Assembly (NCBI GenBank): GCA_028698185.1 | Contig: JAQVDW010000007.1 | Coordinates: 30,001-62,000, forward strand | Origin: Erysipelotrichaceae bacterium | Lineage (GTDB): Bacteria > Bacillota_I > Bacilli_A > Erysipelotrichales > Coprobacillaceae | Reading direction: 5' to 3' | DNA: 32,000 bases | Part shown: positions 21,551-31,545 of the stretch, one piece after another | Numbering within the stretch: the stretch's first letter is position 1 | How the letters are laid out: each line of letters begins with the position of its first letter | Notes under the pieces: model-generated | Told to the model about the DNA's origin: nothing | Database searches by the model: none | What the model saw: only the letters and a program-made list of their open reading frames with translations | Program-made: the position numbers and the translations under genes

Positions 21551-22255
21551 TTAACCTCCTATTAGCGCCTCGATCAAGGTCTCGAGCTGTTCATAGCTTT
21601 CGACTGTATAATCGGGTTTGATTGTTGTGTCGTCCACTTGGAAATCCCTGATCTTGAGCCAGATGGAAAGCAATCCGGCATTCTTGGCCCCGATCACGTC
21701 GGCATGGTAATTGTCGCCGATATAGTAGACCGCCTCGTTTTTGGGTCTGAGCCGGTTGATGGCGATATCGAAGATGCGGTGGTCCGGTTTGTCAAAACCG
21801 TAATAGCCGCTGATAAAGATGTTGCCAGGATCGACATACTCCTCAAGATTCAACTGGGCGATCTTTCGAGCCTGGTGGGATCCAGGTCCGTTGGTGATGA
21901 TGGCGATCTTATGGTTGGAATCCTTCAGTTTTGTCAGGATTTCTTTTACCACCGGTTGGATTTGAATTTTCTGCTGGTTCTGGCGATAGGTTTCATGAAA
22001 CTCCCTGATTCCCCTGGCGTCAAGATCAATTCCATGATGTTTGACCATCAATTCACTCCGCAGATAACCGGCTTGCTCCAGACTGATCGTCTTTGCCTGG
22101 CTCATCGGGAATACCTGGTCGGAAAACCGGCGGTATGACTGGTAGAGATTCCAGCACGCGGCGGGATCTTCGATTCCCAATAGCTGACTGACTGTCTTTT
22201 TGAACGGGTCCATATAATCGTAAATCGTATCATCTAAATCGAATATGAATAACAT
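21551..22255 (-). CDS. HAD-IA family hydrolase
   Basis: Start at MLFIFDLDDTIYDY (DxDxT motif). Other motifs: ITNG and YIGDNYHADVIGAKNAG. Confidence 0.8.
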   Translation of the reverse strand: MLFIFDLDDTIYDYMDPFKKTVSQLLGIEDPAACWNLYQSYRRFSDQVFPMSQAKTISLEQAGYLRSELMVKHHGIDLDARGIREFHETYRQNQQKIQIQPVVKEILTKLKDSNHKIAIITNGPGSHQARKIAQLNLEEYVDPGNIFISGYYGFDKPDHRIFDIAINRLRPKNEAVYYIGDNYHADVIGAKNAGLLSIWLKIRDFQVDDTTIKPDYTVESYEQLETLIEALIGG

Positions 22256-22339
22256 TTTTTTATACCTCGGACTTAATGATACCATAAATGGCGAAATTTG
22301 ACATCATAAAATTTCCGATAGGCCCAAACCCGGCGGAAA

Positions 22340-22367
22340 CAAAAAATCTAAGAACATTTTCTTAGAT
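22340..22367 (-). terminator. Terminator of corA (overlaps its stop codon)
   Basis: In minus sense, ATCTAAGAA-aatg-TTCTTAGAT is followed by TTTTTTG. Confidence 0.75.
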
Positions 22368-23311
22368 CAGAGCATTTTGCGCCGGCGCAATGTAATCAAC
22401 ACCAGAATCGAAATCGCCACGATGCCAAAGACGATAATGTAGAAGCCATATGGCGTGTTTGAAAGAGGCATCCATTTGCCCGAGACATTCATACCATAGA
22501 TTCCCGAAATGATTGTCGGGATGGACATCACCAGGGTCAGTGAAGTCAAAAGTTTCATCACATTGTTCAGGCGGTTGTTGACAATGGTGGAGATAAGCTC
22601 GCGGGTACCGTTGATTATTATCCGGTAGATATTGGCCATCTCGATCGCCTGACGGTTTTCAATCATCGCGTCATCAAGATAGTCCTTGTCTTCAGAGTAC
22701 TGCTTGAGCCGTTCAAACCGGGTCAGCCGCTCGAGGACAAGCATATTGGCCGAAAGCGAGGTGGAAAAATAGACAAGGTTGGATTCCAACTCGTGCAAGT
22801 CGATCAGGTCGGTGTTTTCCGTTTCCTTTTCGATTGCCCTTTTCTCAATCACGGTTCGCCGCTTGTCGATCAGCCGCAGGTAGCTTTGATAGACGGATCC
22901 CGATTTGAGGATGATCAGATAGACAAAACGCATCGTCTTTTTCGTCGAGAAACCCTTGATCACGTTGCGCAAAAATATGTTCAGGACATTGTTTTCCTTG
23001 GAACAGACGGTGATGATGATATCGTCGACCAAAATGATTCCCAAAGGGATGGTTGTATAGGCCTGGCGGTTGTTACGCATTTCCTCTAGAGGGACGTCGA
23101 TCAACACAAGAGTGTAGTTGGGTTCGACCTGGACCCGGGAACTTTCTTCCTCATCGAGCGCCGCCCGCAGGTCGACTAGATCGATATCGAAGTGCATCGC
23201 TATCTCATTAACCTCTTCGCGGGTCGGGGCAATAAGATTAATCCAGGATCCTGGTTCATAAACCGTTCTTTCAGTAATCACATTTTCATCAGTACGATAT
23301 ATTTTTTTCAT
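22367..23311 (-). CDS. corA: CorA family magnesium/cobalt transporter
   Basis: Start at MKKIYRT after AAGGAGA. The YGMN motif (GIYGMNV) lies before the last TM, and there are two C-terminal TM helices. Confidence 0.9.
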   Translation of the reverse strand: MKKIYRTDENVITERTVYEPGSWINLIAPTREEVNEIAMHFDIDLVDLRAALDEEESSRVQVEPNYTLVLIDVPLEEMRNNRQAYTTIPLGIILVDDIIITVCSKENNVLNIFLRNVIKGFSTKKTMRFVYLIILKSGSVYQSYLRLIDKRRTVIEKRAIEKETENTDLIDLHELESNLVYFSTSLSANMLVLERLTRFERLKQYSEDKDYLDDAMIENRQAIEMANIYRIIINGTRELISTIVNNRLNNVMKLLTSLTLVMSIPTIISGIYGMNVSGKWMPLSNTPYGFYIIVFGIVAISILVLITLRRRKML

Positions 23312-23338
23312 CTGACCATTCTCCTTTCTTTCCAAGTA

Positions 23339-23367
23339 ATTATACTTCAATTTTCCCCGGCAAACAA
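23339..23367 (-). promoter_or_regulatory. corA promoter (-35 TTGTTT, 17 nt spacer, -10 TATAAT)
   Basis: Read on the minus strand. The leader is too short for an M-box riboswitch. Confidence 0.55.
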
Positions 23368-23380
23368 CCCAATATCACCA

Positions 23381-23408
23381 AAAGAAAAAGATTAACCTTA
23401 AGTTAATC
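23381..23408 (-). terminator. Terminator after the ArpU-like gene
   Basis: In minus sense, GATTAAC-ttaag-GTTAATC is followed by TTTTTCTTTT. Confidence 0.7.
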
Positions 23409-23800
23409 TAGATGTAAAGATAGTAGAGCATCTCCTCCATAGCCCGCGTTTTGAGGCGGTAATAGGTCGAGCGCGAGTAAAGCTGCTCCCACCAGTCCCG
23501 GGCGCCGTTGTCCATGAACTCTGATTTGATGATGTTTTTAGACTCGAAGGTAAGGTTGGAAACGATGATTTCAAACGACCTGATTATGCCCTTGAGTTCA
23601 TCATAATCGTCGATCTTCTGGTTGAGCCGGTTGGCATATTGGTTGTTGACATAGGGACTTTTGGTCTGGGATACACACACCAGGCTGGTGGTTGGCATAT
23701 ACAGGTCATGCTCAAGATAAAACAATTTCGACTTGGCCTTGTGATAGGCCCGAAAAACATCTTTCAACTCGCGTTCTTTTTCCTTAAAAGTTAAACTCAT
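23408..23800 (-). CDS. Small putative transcription regulator, ArpU/RinA-like or sigma-70 region-4-like (tentative)
   Basis: Start at MSLTFKEKEREL, 7 nt after GGAGG. The 130-aa protein has a C-terminus WWEQLYSRSTYYRLKTRAMEEMLYYL that resembles the HTH tail of ArpU/RinA-type phage late regulators. Confidence 0.45.
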   Translation of the reverse strand: MSLTFKEKERELKDVFRAYHKAKSKLFYLEHDLYMPTTSLVCVSQTKSPYVNNQYANRLNQKIDDYDELKGIIRSFEIIVSNLTFESKNIIKSEFMDNGARDWWEQLYSRSTYYRLKTRAMEEMLYYLYI

Positions 23801-23912
23801 AAATTTTCCTCCTGTCTTATATGCATCCAGAAACAAACATTTACTTGTAAAACTTCCATTAATTACGATTTTTAGCCAATCCTGAACAAGACAGCATCAA
23901 AAATGCGGCAAT

Positions 23913-24647
23913 CTAGATGACAAAGCTTTCCACCAGCTGGTCGATTTGATCCTCGCTTAGTCCGATATCCATCAGATAACCTCTCGCCGAACCGTAGTTT
24001 TCATAGAGATAGCCCAATAGAAAGATCATATTGTTGGGGTGGCTCGAGAGATATTGCTTGTTTCCATCTTCGACCAGATCCTCGAGATAAGGCATCATTT
24101 GAGCGATATGGGTGGCCGTCTCGCTGTAGTTCTTGACAATGTCATATTCGAAACATCCAACCAGATCCATCAGCAGCGCCGCGATGATGCCCGTGCGGTC
24201 CTTGCCTTGGGAGCAATGGAACAGGATGGTGTCATCCTGGTGTTTCAAAAAGATCTCAAACACCTTCTTGATCTGCCCTTTGGCCGCCTCCACGACAAAG
24301 CGGTAGTAGCCGGTGAGTTCATCGTAGTTTTTGATGGAATCATCGACATCTTCCAGTCTGCCAAGATCAAGCATATCGACATGGTAATAGCTTATCTGCT
24401 CGAAATCGATCAGCTGGTTTGGCTGTTTCGACTGTTCGAAGCTTCCCCGCAGATCGACAACGACATCGACCCCATAATCAAGAAGCGCGTCGAGATCCTT
24501 GCTGGTCAAAGTGGCGACATTGCTTGATCGCAGGTATTTGTGGGCCTTGGTATAGTAACCCGACTGGGTCTCGTAGCCTCCCAGGTCGCGGCAGTTTTTC
24601 AGGTTCGGTATTTTGATCAGTCTTTCTTCATTTGTAAGTTGCAACAT
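23913..24647 (-). CDS. Protein-tyrosine phosphatase (CX5R, Y_phosphatase3-like)
   Basis: Start at MLQLTNEE, 7 nt after GGAGG. Motifs: NCRDLGGY and the active site HCSQGKDRTG. Confidence 0.85.
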   Translation of the reverse strand: MLQLTNEERLIKIPNLKNCRDLGGYETQSGYYTKAHKYLRSSNVATLTSKDLDALLDYGVDVVVDLRGSFEQSKQPNQLIDFEQISYYHVDMLDLGRLEDVDDSIKNYDELTGYYRFVVEAAKGQIKKVFEIFLKHQDDTILFHCSQGKDRTGIIAALLMDLVGCFEYDIVKNYSETATHIAQMMPYLEDLVEDGNKQYLSSHPNNMIFLLGYLYENYGSARGYLMDIGLSEDQIDQLVESFVI

Positions 24648-24693
24648 AATGGTACCTCCGTTTTTCATTATAGCATACAAGCTGACAAAAACA

Positions 24694-24722
24694 TTGTCAA
24701 GAGAATGATTAGTCGGTATAAT
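24694..24722 (+). promoter_or_regulatory. Promoter of the cyclophilin gene (-35 TTGTCA, 17 nt spacer, -10 TATAAT)
   Basis: Read directly. The -35 is one arm of the TGACAA-N5-TTGTCA palindrome. Confidence 0.6.
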
Positions 24723-24746
24723 TAGATGTGAATTTGGAGGAATATC

Positions 24747-25364
24747 ATGAAAAAAGTATTGAGATTATTCGTCACAGCCGGTCTGGCATTAGCCCTGGCA
24801 GGTTGCGGCTCATCTTCATCATCATCTAATGCCGATCTCATTTCCGTCGCCAACACCGACACAATGACCGGCAAAGTCCATATCGCCATCGAGGTCCAGG
24901 ACTATGGAACAATCAAGGCGGAACTCAACGCCGACATCGCTCCGGCAACCGTGACCAATTTCGTCAACCTGGCCAACGAGGGATTCTATGACGGTCTGAC
25001 ATTCCACCGGGTCATCGAAGAATTCATGATCCAGGGTGGCGATCCGGCAGGCAACGGGACCGGCGGTTCCGAACTGAATGTCGAGGGTGAATTTTCAAGC
25101 AACAATATCGAAAATCCGCTGTCCCATACCCGCGGGGCGATTTCAATGGCCCGATCTTCGGCCTATGACTCGGCCTCATCGCAGTTTTTCATCGTCCAGG
25201 CAGATGCAACTTACCTAGATGGGGACTATGCGTGCTTTGGCTATGTTTATGAAGGAATGGACGTGGTCGACCAGATTGCCGCCAATACAGCGGTTAGCGA
25301 CAACAACGGCACCGTGGCTTCAGGGCAACAGCCGGTTATCACCTCAATCACCGTGATCGATTAA
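24747..25364 (+). CDS. Cyclophilin-type peptidyl-prolyl cis-trans isomerase, lipoprotein
   Basis: Signal peptide with lipobox LALAGC. Cyclophilin motifs FHRVIEEFMIQGGDP and SQFFI. RBS GGAGG. Confidence 0.9.
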   Translation: MKKVLRLFVTAGLALALAGCGSSSSSSNADLISVANTDTMTGKVHIAIEVQDYGTIKAELNADIAPATVTNFVNLANEGFYDGLTFHRVIEEFMIQGGDPAGNGTGGSELNVEGEFSSNNIENPLSHTRGAISMARSSAYDSASSQFFIVQADATYLDGDYACFGYVYEGMDVVDQIAANTAVSDNNGTVASGQQPVITSITVID

Positions 25365-25387
25365 GACAAGCGCGCTTGTCTTTTTTT
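25365..25387 (+). terminator. Terminator of the cyclophilin gene
   Basis: GACAAGCGCGCTTGTC palindrome followed by T7. Confidence 0.8.
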
Positions 25388-25392
25388 CTCGT

Positions 25393-25417
25393 CAAAAAAA
25401 AGGACCTGACGGTCCTT
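25393..25417 (-). terminator. Terminator of proS
   Basis: In minus sense, AGGACC-gtca-GGTCCT is followed by T8. Confidence 0.8.
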
Positions 25418-26854
25418 TTAATATGCTTTGGCAAAATAAACGACTTGATGGGCCGGTTTGCCGCAAATCGGACAAACATCGCCAAATGGCTCTTCATCAG
25501 TCTTGATGCAGCGGGAAGTCGCCGCGGTATCTTCCTTGATTTTTTCCTCGCATTCAACGTCGCCACACCACATCATCTTGACATAGCCACCTTTGATTTC
25601 CAGGACATCCTTGAACTCGTCATAAGTGCTCACTGGAGTGATATGGTCATTGAGATGGGCCAGGGCTTTTTGATACATCTGTTCATGAATCTCATCCAGC
25701 AAGGCGTTGATGGTGGCCGGAAGTTTTTCATCGAGGGCCACTTTCTCCTTCGAGCTGTCAATCCGTTTGGCCAGGATGCATTCGCCGTTTTCGATGTCGC
25801 GTGGTCCCACTTCAAGACGCAATGGGATCCCCTGCATTTCCGCCTGGGCGAATTTCCATCCTGGTGATTTGTCGGAAGCATCAACTTCGACCCGGATTCC
25901 CTCAGCCTTGAGTAATGCCTTGAGCTCATCGGCCTTTTCAAGCACGCCGGCTTTTTGTTGCATTACCGGAACGATCATGACCTGGATTGGAGCTACCCGA
26001 GGTGGCAGGACCAGACCGTTATTGTCACCATGGACCATGATGACCCCGCCGATCAGCCGGGTCGAAACGCCCCATGAAGTCTGGTAAGCATATTCCTGCT
26101 TGTTTTCTTTCGAAAGGAATTTGATATCGAATGCTTTGGCGAAACCGTCACCAAAGTAGTGCGATGTCCCTGATTGGAGTGCCTTGCCATCATGCATCAA
26201 AGCCTCGATCGTATATGATTCCTCGGCTCCGGCGAATTTCTCCTTGGGAGTCTTCAGACCGGTAACCATCGGGATTGCCAGCAGGTTTTTGGCCATGTTT
26301 TCATAGACCTTGAACATGCGCAGCGTCTCTTGATGAGCCTCATCGGCAGTGGCGTGGACCGTATGCCCTTCCTGCCACAAAAACTCGCTGCCCCGCAAAA
26401 ACGGGCGGGTTGTCTTTTCCCAACGCACGACCGAACACCATTGGTTGTAAAGCTTCGGCAAGTCGCGATAAGAGTTTACGATCTTTGCATAATGTTCGCA
26501 AAACAATGTTTCCGAAGTCGGACGGATAATCAGGTTCTCTTCAAGCTCATCGAGTCCCCCACGGGTCACCACCGCACATTCGGGAGCGAATCCTTCAACG
26601 TGGTCGGCTTCTTTTTTAAGCAAAGATTCCGGAATCAAAAGGGGCAGGTAAACATTCTGATGACCTGTTTCCTTGAATTGTTTGTTTAAGTGTTCCTGGA
26701 TCAACTCCCAGATTGCATAACCATAGGGGCGGTAAATAATGAATCCTTTGACTGAGCTGTAATCCATCAGCTCCGCTTTTTTGCAGACGTCTGTATACCA
26801 CTGGGCGAAATCCTCTTCCATGGAACAGATTGCATCATTTTTAATTTTTACCAT
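25418..26854 (-). CDS. proS: Prolyl-tRNA synthetase, archaeal/eukaryote-like type (no INS editing domain; C-terminal Zn-binding domain)
   Basis: 478 aa. Motifs seen: FAQWYTDV..., class II motifs (IRPTSET, the FRGSEFLWQEGHT-like segment, HGDNNGLVLPP), and C-terminal Cys pairs ending in ...FAKAY. Confidence 0.9.
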   Translation of the reverse strand: MVKIKNDAICSMEEDFAQWYTDVCKKAELMDYSSVKGFIIYRPYGYAIWELIQEHLNKQFKETGHQNVYLPLLIPESLLKKEADHVEGFAPECAVVTRGGLDELEENLIIRPTSETLFCEHYAKIVNSYRDLPKLYNQWCSVVRWEKTTRPFLRGSEFLWQEGHTVHATADEAHQETLRMFKVYENMAKNLLAIPMVTGLKTPKEKFAGAEESYTIEALMHDGKALQSGTSHYFGDGFAKAFDIKFLSKENKQEYAYQTSWGVSTRLIGGVIMVHGDNNGLVLPPRVAPIQVMIVPVMQQKAGVLEKADELKALLKAEGIRVEVDASDKSPGWKFAQAEMQGIPLRLEVGPRDIENGECILAKRIDSSKEKVALDEKLPATINALLDEIHEQMYQKALAHLNDHITPVSTYDEFKDVLEIKGGYVKMMWCGDVECEEKIKEDTAATSRCIKTDEEPFGDVCPICGKPAHQVVYFAKAY

Positions 26855-26949
26855 AGGTGTCTCCTTTATTTCAATACTATTATAATACTATAAATCACAA
26901 ATATTTCAAGATTATCATTGTTTGGTCGCATAATTAAATCAAGACCATC

Positions 26950-26976
26950 AAAAAAAGCATGGTCGCCCATGCTTTT
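26950..26976 (-). terminator. Terminator of the 6-phospho-beta-glucosidase gene
   Basis: In minus sense, AAGCATGG-gcga-CCATGCTT is followed by TTTTTT. Confidence 0.75.
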
Positions 26977-26979
26977 AGA

Positions 26980-28455
<1,476 letters not shown>

Positions 28456-28515
28456 TCAACTAGATGATACCAAATTGAAACAAAATCGGCGGCTTTTTTT
28501 AAATTTAGAAAAAAA

Positions 28516-31500
28516 TCACCCTTCGACAATCTCGATCACGCTTTTCTCATTGTCTTTGCGCACAAGAATCTTGTTGTCGATCCGTTCTTTAAGCAGGTTG
28601 ACATGGGAGATGATTCCAATCATCTGGTCCTCGAGCCTGATCGACTGGAGCGTATTGATGGCGATATTGAGCGAATTGTCGTCAAGCGTTCCAAAGCCCT
28701 CGTCGATGAAGATTGAATTGAGCTCGACGCAGCCCGATTTGTCTTGGACCAGCCGCGACAGTCCGATTGCCAATGAAAGGGCGGCCTTGAAGGTTTCCCC
28801 GCCCGATAACGTCCGGGCCAGCCTTGTCTTCGAGTTCTCCCGGTCGAGGATGCCTAGCACGAAGCCGGATGTCGCCCTCTTGTTGTCGGGTTCGCTGGCG
28901 ACAAACTGGTAACGTTCATTGGTCAGTTGTGAGAATATCACATTGGCATATTCGAGAAGTTCCTCGAAGTAAGAATAGACAAGATAAGTTTCGAACGCCA
29001 GTTTTTTCTGGCCGGCCAGACTGCCTTTGGCAGTCTGGTAGAGATCGTAGTGGATCTGGTACCTTTCCTGGGCGCCCTGGCGGTTCTTGAGCCACTGAGA
29101 GATTTTCGTCGAGTCATTCTGTATTGTCAGCAACCGGCTGGAAATCGTTGCCAGCTCATCCTTGACTTTTGCTAGCAAATCTCTTTTCAAGGCGGCCTGG
29201 TCAACCAGGACCGCCGGATCACCCACCTGCTTGTTTTGGGTCTTGGCCTTGTACAATTCGATTGTCGATTCGACCTTGACCAGCGCCCGGTTGTATTGTT
29301 CGATTATTGACTCGAGCTCATTGATCCGGCCGATTTGATCGAAGGCGGCCTCGATGGTTTCCCTTGAATAATCCAAAAGGCTTAGTTCCCGTTCATAACC
29401 GATACGGTTTTTCTCATTGGTGATTTCCAGCTGATCCTTCTGGCCGGATTTTTCCTGCAATGACGTTTCAATTCGGGTAATCTGGTTTAGCGCCAAGTGG
29501 TAACTGTCCTGGTTGGCGGCAATCCTGTCTTCCAATGATTTCGCCGCTTCCTGGTGGGCCCGGATGTCGTTTTCAAGCTCCTCTTGGGTTCTGGAAATCT
29601 TTGGCAATTCGTCGAGTTGGCCTTGCAATGATGAAATGACCCCATTGAGTCTTTCGACCTCGCTGTTGTGGCTTGTCAATGCAACCGCATCATCAGCCAT
29701 TGCCTGTTCGAGTTTGGCCTGTTTTTCCTTAGTGGCATCAAGTTGCCTGAAATATCCGTTGATCTGTGCCATTTTCTCATTGGCAGCCTTGAGATCCAGC
29801 CTGTTTTTTTCTAGAAGCAGATCATAGTCGTCGATGTTGCCTAGCTCCTGTTTGAACGTTTCGAGCTTTTCGTAAACGTTTTTAAGTTTGCCGTTCAAAT
29901 CACCAGCCGCCGCTACCGCTTCGTTTAGCTCGCTTTGGAGTTCATCCTGTTCTTGTTGGAGCGCATCAAGATGCTCCTGGGAGATGTCGCTTTCAAGCAA
30001 CGGCGCTACTTGGGGGTGATTCAAGGAACCGCAGACCGGACAGGGCTCGTTGTCTTTCAGGGAAGCGGCGATATACCCGATGGCATATTCGTTTTTCCTT
30101 TTTTGCGCCTGAGCAAAGACCAGCTTGGCTTGCTTGAGAGCATCGTCAAGCGTCTCATAACGTTTCAAGGCGGATAGATGTTGCTCCTTGATTCTTGTTT
30201 CATTTTCCTTTTCCTTGAGGCAGGATTGGATTGTCGATGCCTGCCTTGTCAGCCGGTCGATTTCATTTTGCCATTTGATTCTGCCTGTGGCCATATCGGT
30301 CTCTTTTTCAAGATACTGCTTCAATGCGGCCAGGTTTGTCTGGTTGTTTTTCTGGTTTTCCAGCAGGGTATCGATTTTGCCGCAAAGACACTTGTTTCTT
30401 TGCGTAAAGGCGGCTATATCGTCCTTTACCGAGCGAATCTTGTCCAGCTGGATTCTTTTTTGCTCCAGTTCATTGGCGGTTGCCTGATGGACTCTTATCT
30501 GTTGCTGGTAGAGCTCCTTGCTGTCCACTTCTTTTTTGAGCTCTTTGATCTTTTCCTTGTTTCCTTCAAGCTCGGAGTTCAGATTGCTTATTGTGGCAAC
30601 CAGGGTGGCAATATCCCGGCTGGTGTTTTGGATCAGCTCATGGGCCGGTTTGACTTTGGCGGCAGCCTTGAGCAACGAAAGCTGGTCTTCGAGCGTGATG
30701 TCCCGACTCGAAAGCAGCTGGCTTTTGTCCTCGATGGCCTCTTTGAGCGCATCAAAAAGGGAGTTGATTTCATTGATCTCGCGCACCTGTTTGTCGAGGG
30801 CGGCCAGTTCATTTTCAAGCTCGCCGACTTGGAGTTCAAGTGCTTTTTTGTCACTTTCGTATTCGCCTTGTTTCTGTTCGAACTGCTCGACTATCTTGGC
30901 GTCATCACCTTGATTTTGGAACTCGTACAATTCAAGCATGTCGACGATATTGTCGTTGAAACGGGTATGGTCGGACTTTGCGGCCCCGTATTCTTGAGAT
31001 AGCATCGTGGTGAAATCGTTCATATTAGGAATCTTGAAAAGCTTCTTGAGGATCTCGGTCCGCTTGGAGTCGCTCTGGGTGATCAGGGCCATGAACTCAT
31101 TTTGGGCGATCATCACGATCTGGGAGAACTCGTCATAGTTGACCCCGACAATCGAGGCGATGTCATTGTCGCCGTCGAACCTCAGTTCCTGGTCATCGAG
31201 AAAGAACTGGTAGCTCGCGGCGATTTTCTTGTCCTTGTCAGCCAGCCTCTGAATCTGGGCGGGAATCCGCTTTATCCTGGCTATCGAGGAATTGATCTTG
31301 AAGCTGTAATCGACATATGTCAGCTGGTCCGTGGCCATGACGTTGCGCAGGTCCTTGCTTGTCCGGTTGTTGCCGCTGGTCTTGTTATATAGAGCGAAGG
31401 CTATCGCATCGAATATCATCGTCTTTCCCGATCCGGTATCGCCGCTTACAAGATATATGCCGTTTCCATCAAGACGGGTGAAATCAATCTCGACCTTGCC

Positions 31501-31545
31501 GAGATAAGGCCCAAAGGCGCTAAGTTCCAGTTTCAAAGGTTTCAT
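28516..31545 (-). CDS. sbcC: SbcC/Rad50-like ATPase subunit of the SbcCD nuclease
   Basis: 1009 aa with an N-terminal Walker A (GDTGSGKT), a long coiled coil with a central CPVCGS zinc hook, and C-terminal LSGGE plus IFIDEGFG. The ATG overlaps the sbcD stop (ATGA). Confidence 0.9.
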   Translation of the reverse strand: MKPLKLELSAFGPYLGKVEIDFTRLDGNGIYLVSGDTGSGKTMIFDAIAFALYNKTSGNNRTSKDLRNVMATDQLTYVDYSFKINSSIARIKRIPAQIQRLADKDKKIAASYQFFLDDQELRFDGDNDIASIVGVNYDEFSQIVMIAQNEFMALITQSDSKRTEILKKLFKIPNMNDFTTMLSQEYGAAKSDHTRFNDNIVDMLELYEFQNQGDDAKIVEQFEQKQGEYESDKKALELQVGELENELAALDKQVREINEINSLFDALKEAIEDKSQLLSSRDITLEDQLSLLKAAAKVKPAHELIQNTSRDIATLVATISNLNSELEGNKEKIKELKKEVDSKELYQQQIRVHQATANELEQKRIQLDKIRSVKDDIAAFTQRNKCLCGKIDTLLENQKNNQTNLAALKQYLEKETDMATGRIKWQNEIDRLTRQASTIQSCLKEKENETRIKEQHLSALKRYETLDDALKQAKLVFAQAQKRKNEYAIGYIAASLKDNEPCPVCGSLNHPQVAPLLESDISQEHLDALQQEQDELQSELNEAVAAAGDLNGKLKNVYEKLETFKQELGNIDDYDLLLEKNRLDLKAANEKMAQINGYFRQLDATKEKQAKLEQAMADDAVALTSHNSEVERLNGVISSLQGQLDELPKISRTQEELENDIRAHQEAAKSLEDRIAANQDSYHLALNQITRIETSLQEKSGQKDQLEITNEKNRIGYERELSLLDYSRETIEAAFDQIGRINELESIIEQYNRALVKVESTIELYKAKTQNKQVGDPAVLVDQAALKRDLLAKVKDELATISSRLLTIQNDSTKISQWLKNRQGAQERYQIHYDLYQTAKGSLAGQKKLAFETYLVYSYFEELLEYANVIFSQLTNERYQFVASEPDNKRATSGFVLGILDRENSKTRLARTLSGGETFKAALSLAIGLSRLVQDKSGCVELNSIFIDEGFGTLDDNSLNIAINTLQSIRLEDQMIGIISHVNLLKERIDNKILVRKDNEKSVIEIVEG

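Noticed and set aside
23312-23380. M-box (Mg2+) riboswitch upstream of corA
   Set aside because: The leader between the promoter and the RBS is only a few tens of nt, far too short for an M-box.
26855-26979. T-box leader upstream of proS
   Set aside because: Only about 125 nt are available. They are filled by the upstream gene's terminator, a promoter and the RBS, so there is no room for specifier and antiterminator structures.
30178-31002. 274-aa plus-strand ORF (with several others from 28403 to 31392) antisense to sbcC
   Set aside because: The Glu/Lys/Leu-rich coiled-coil codons of sbcC produce long stop-free Leu/Phe-rich antisense frames. There are no start signals.
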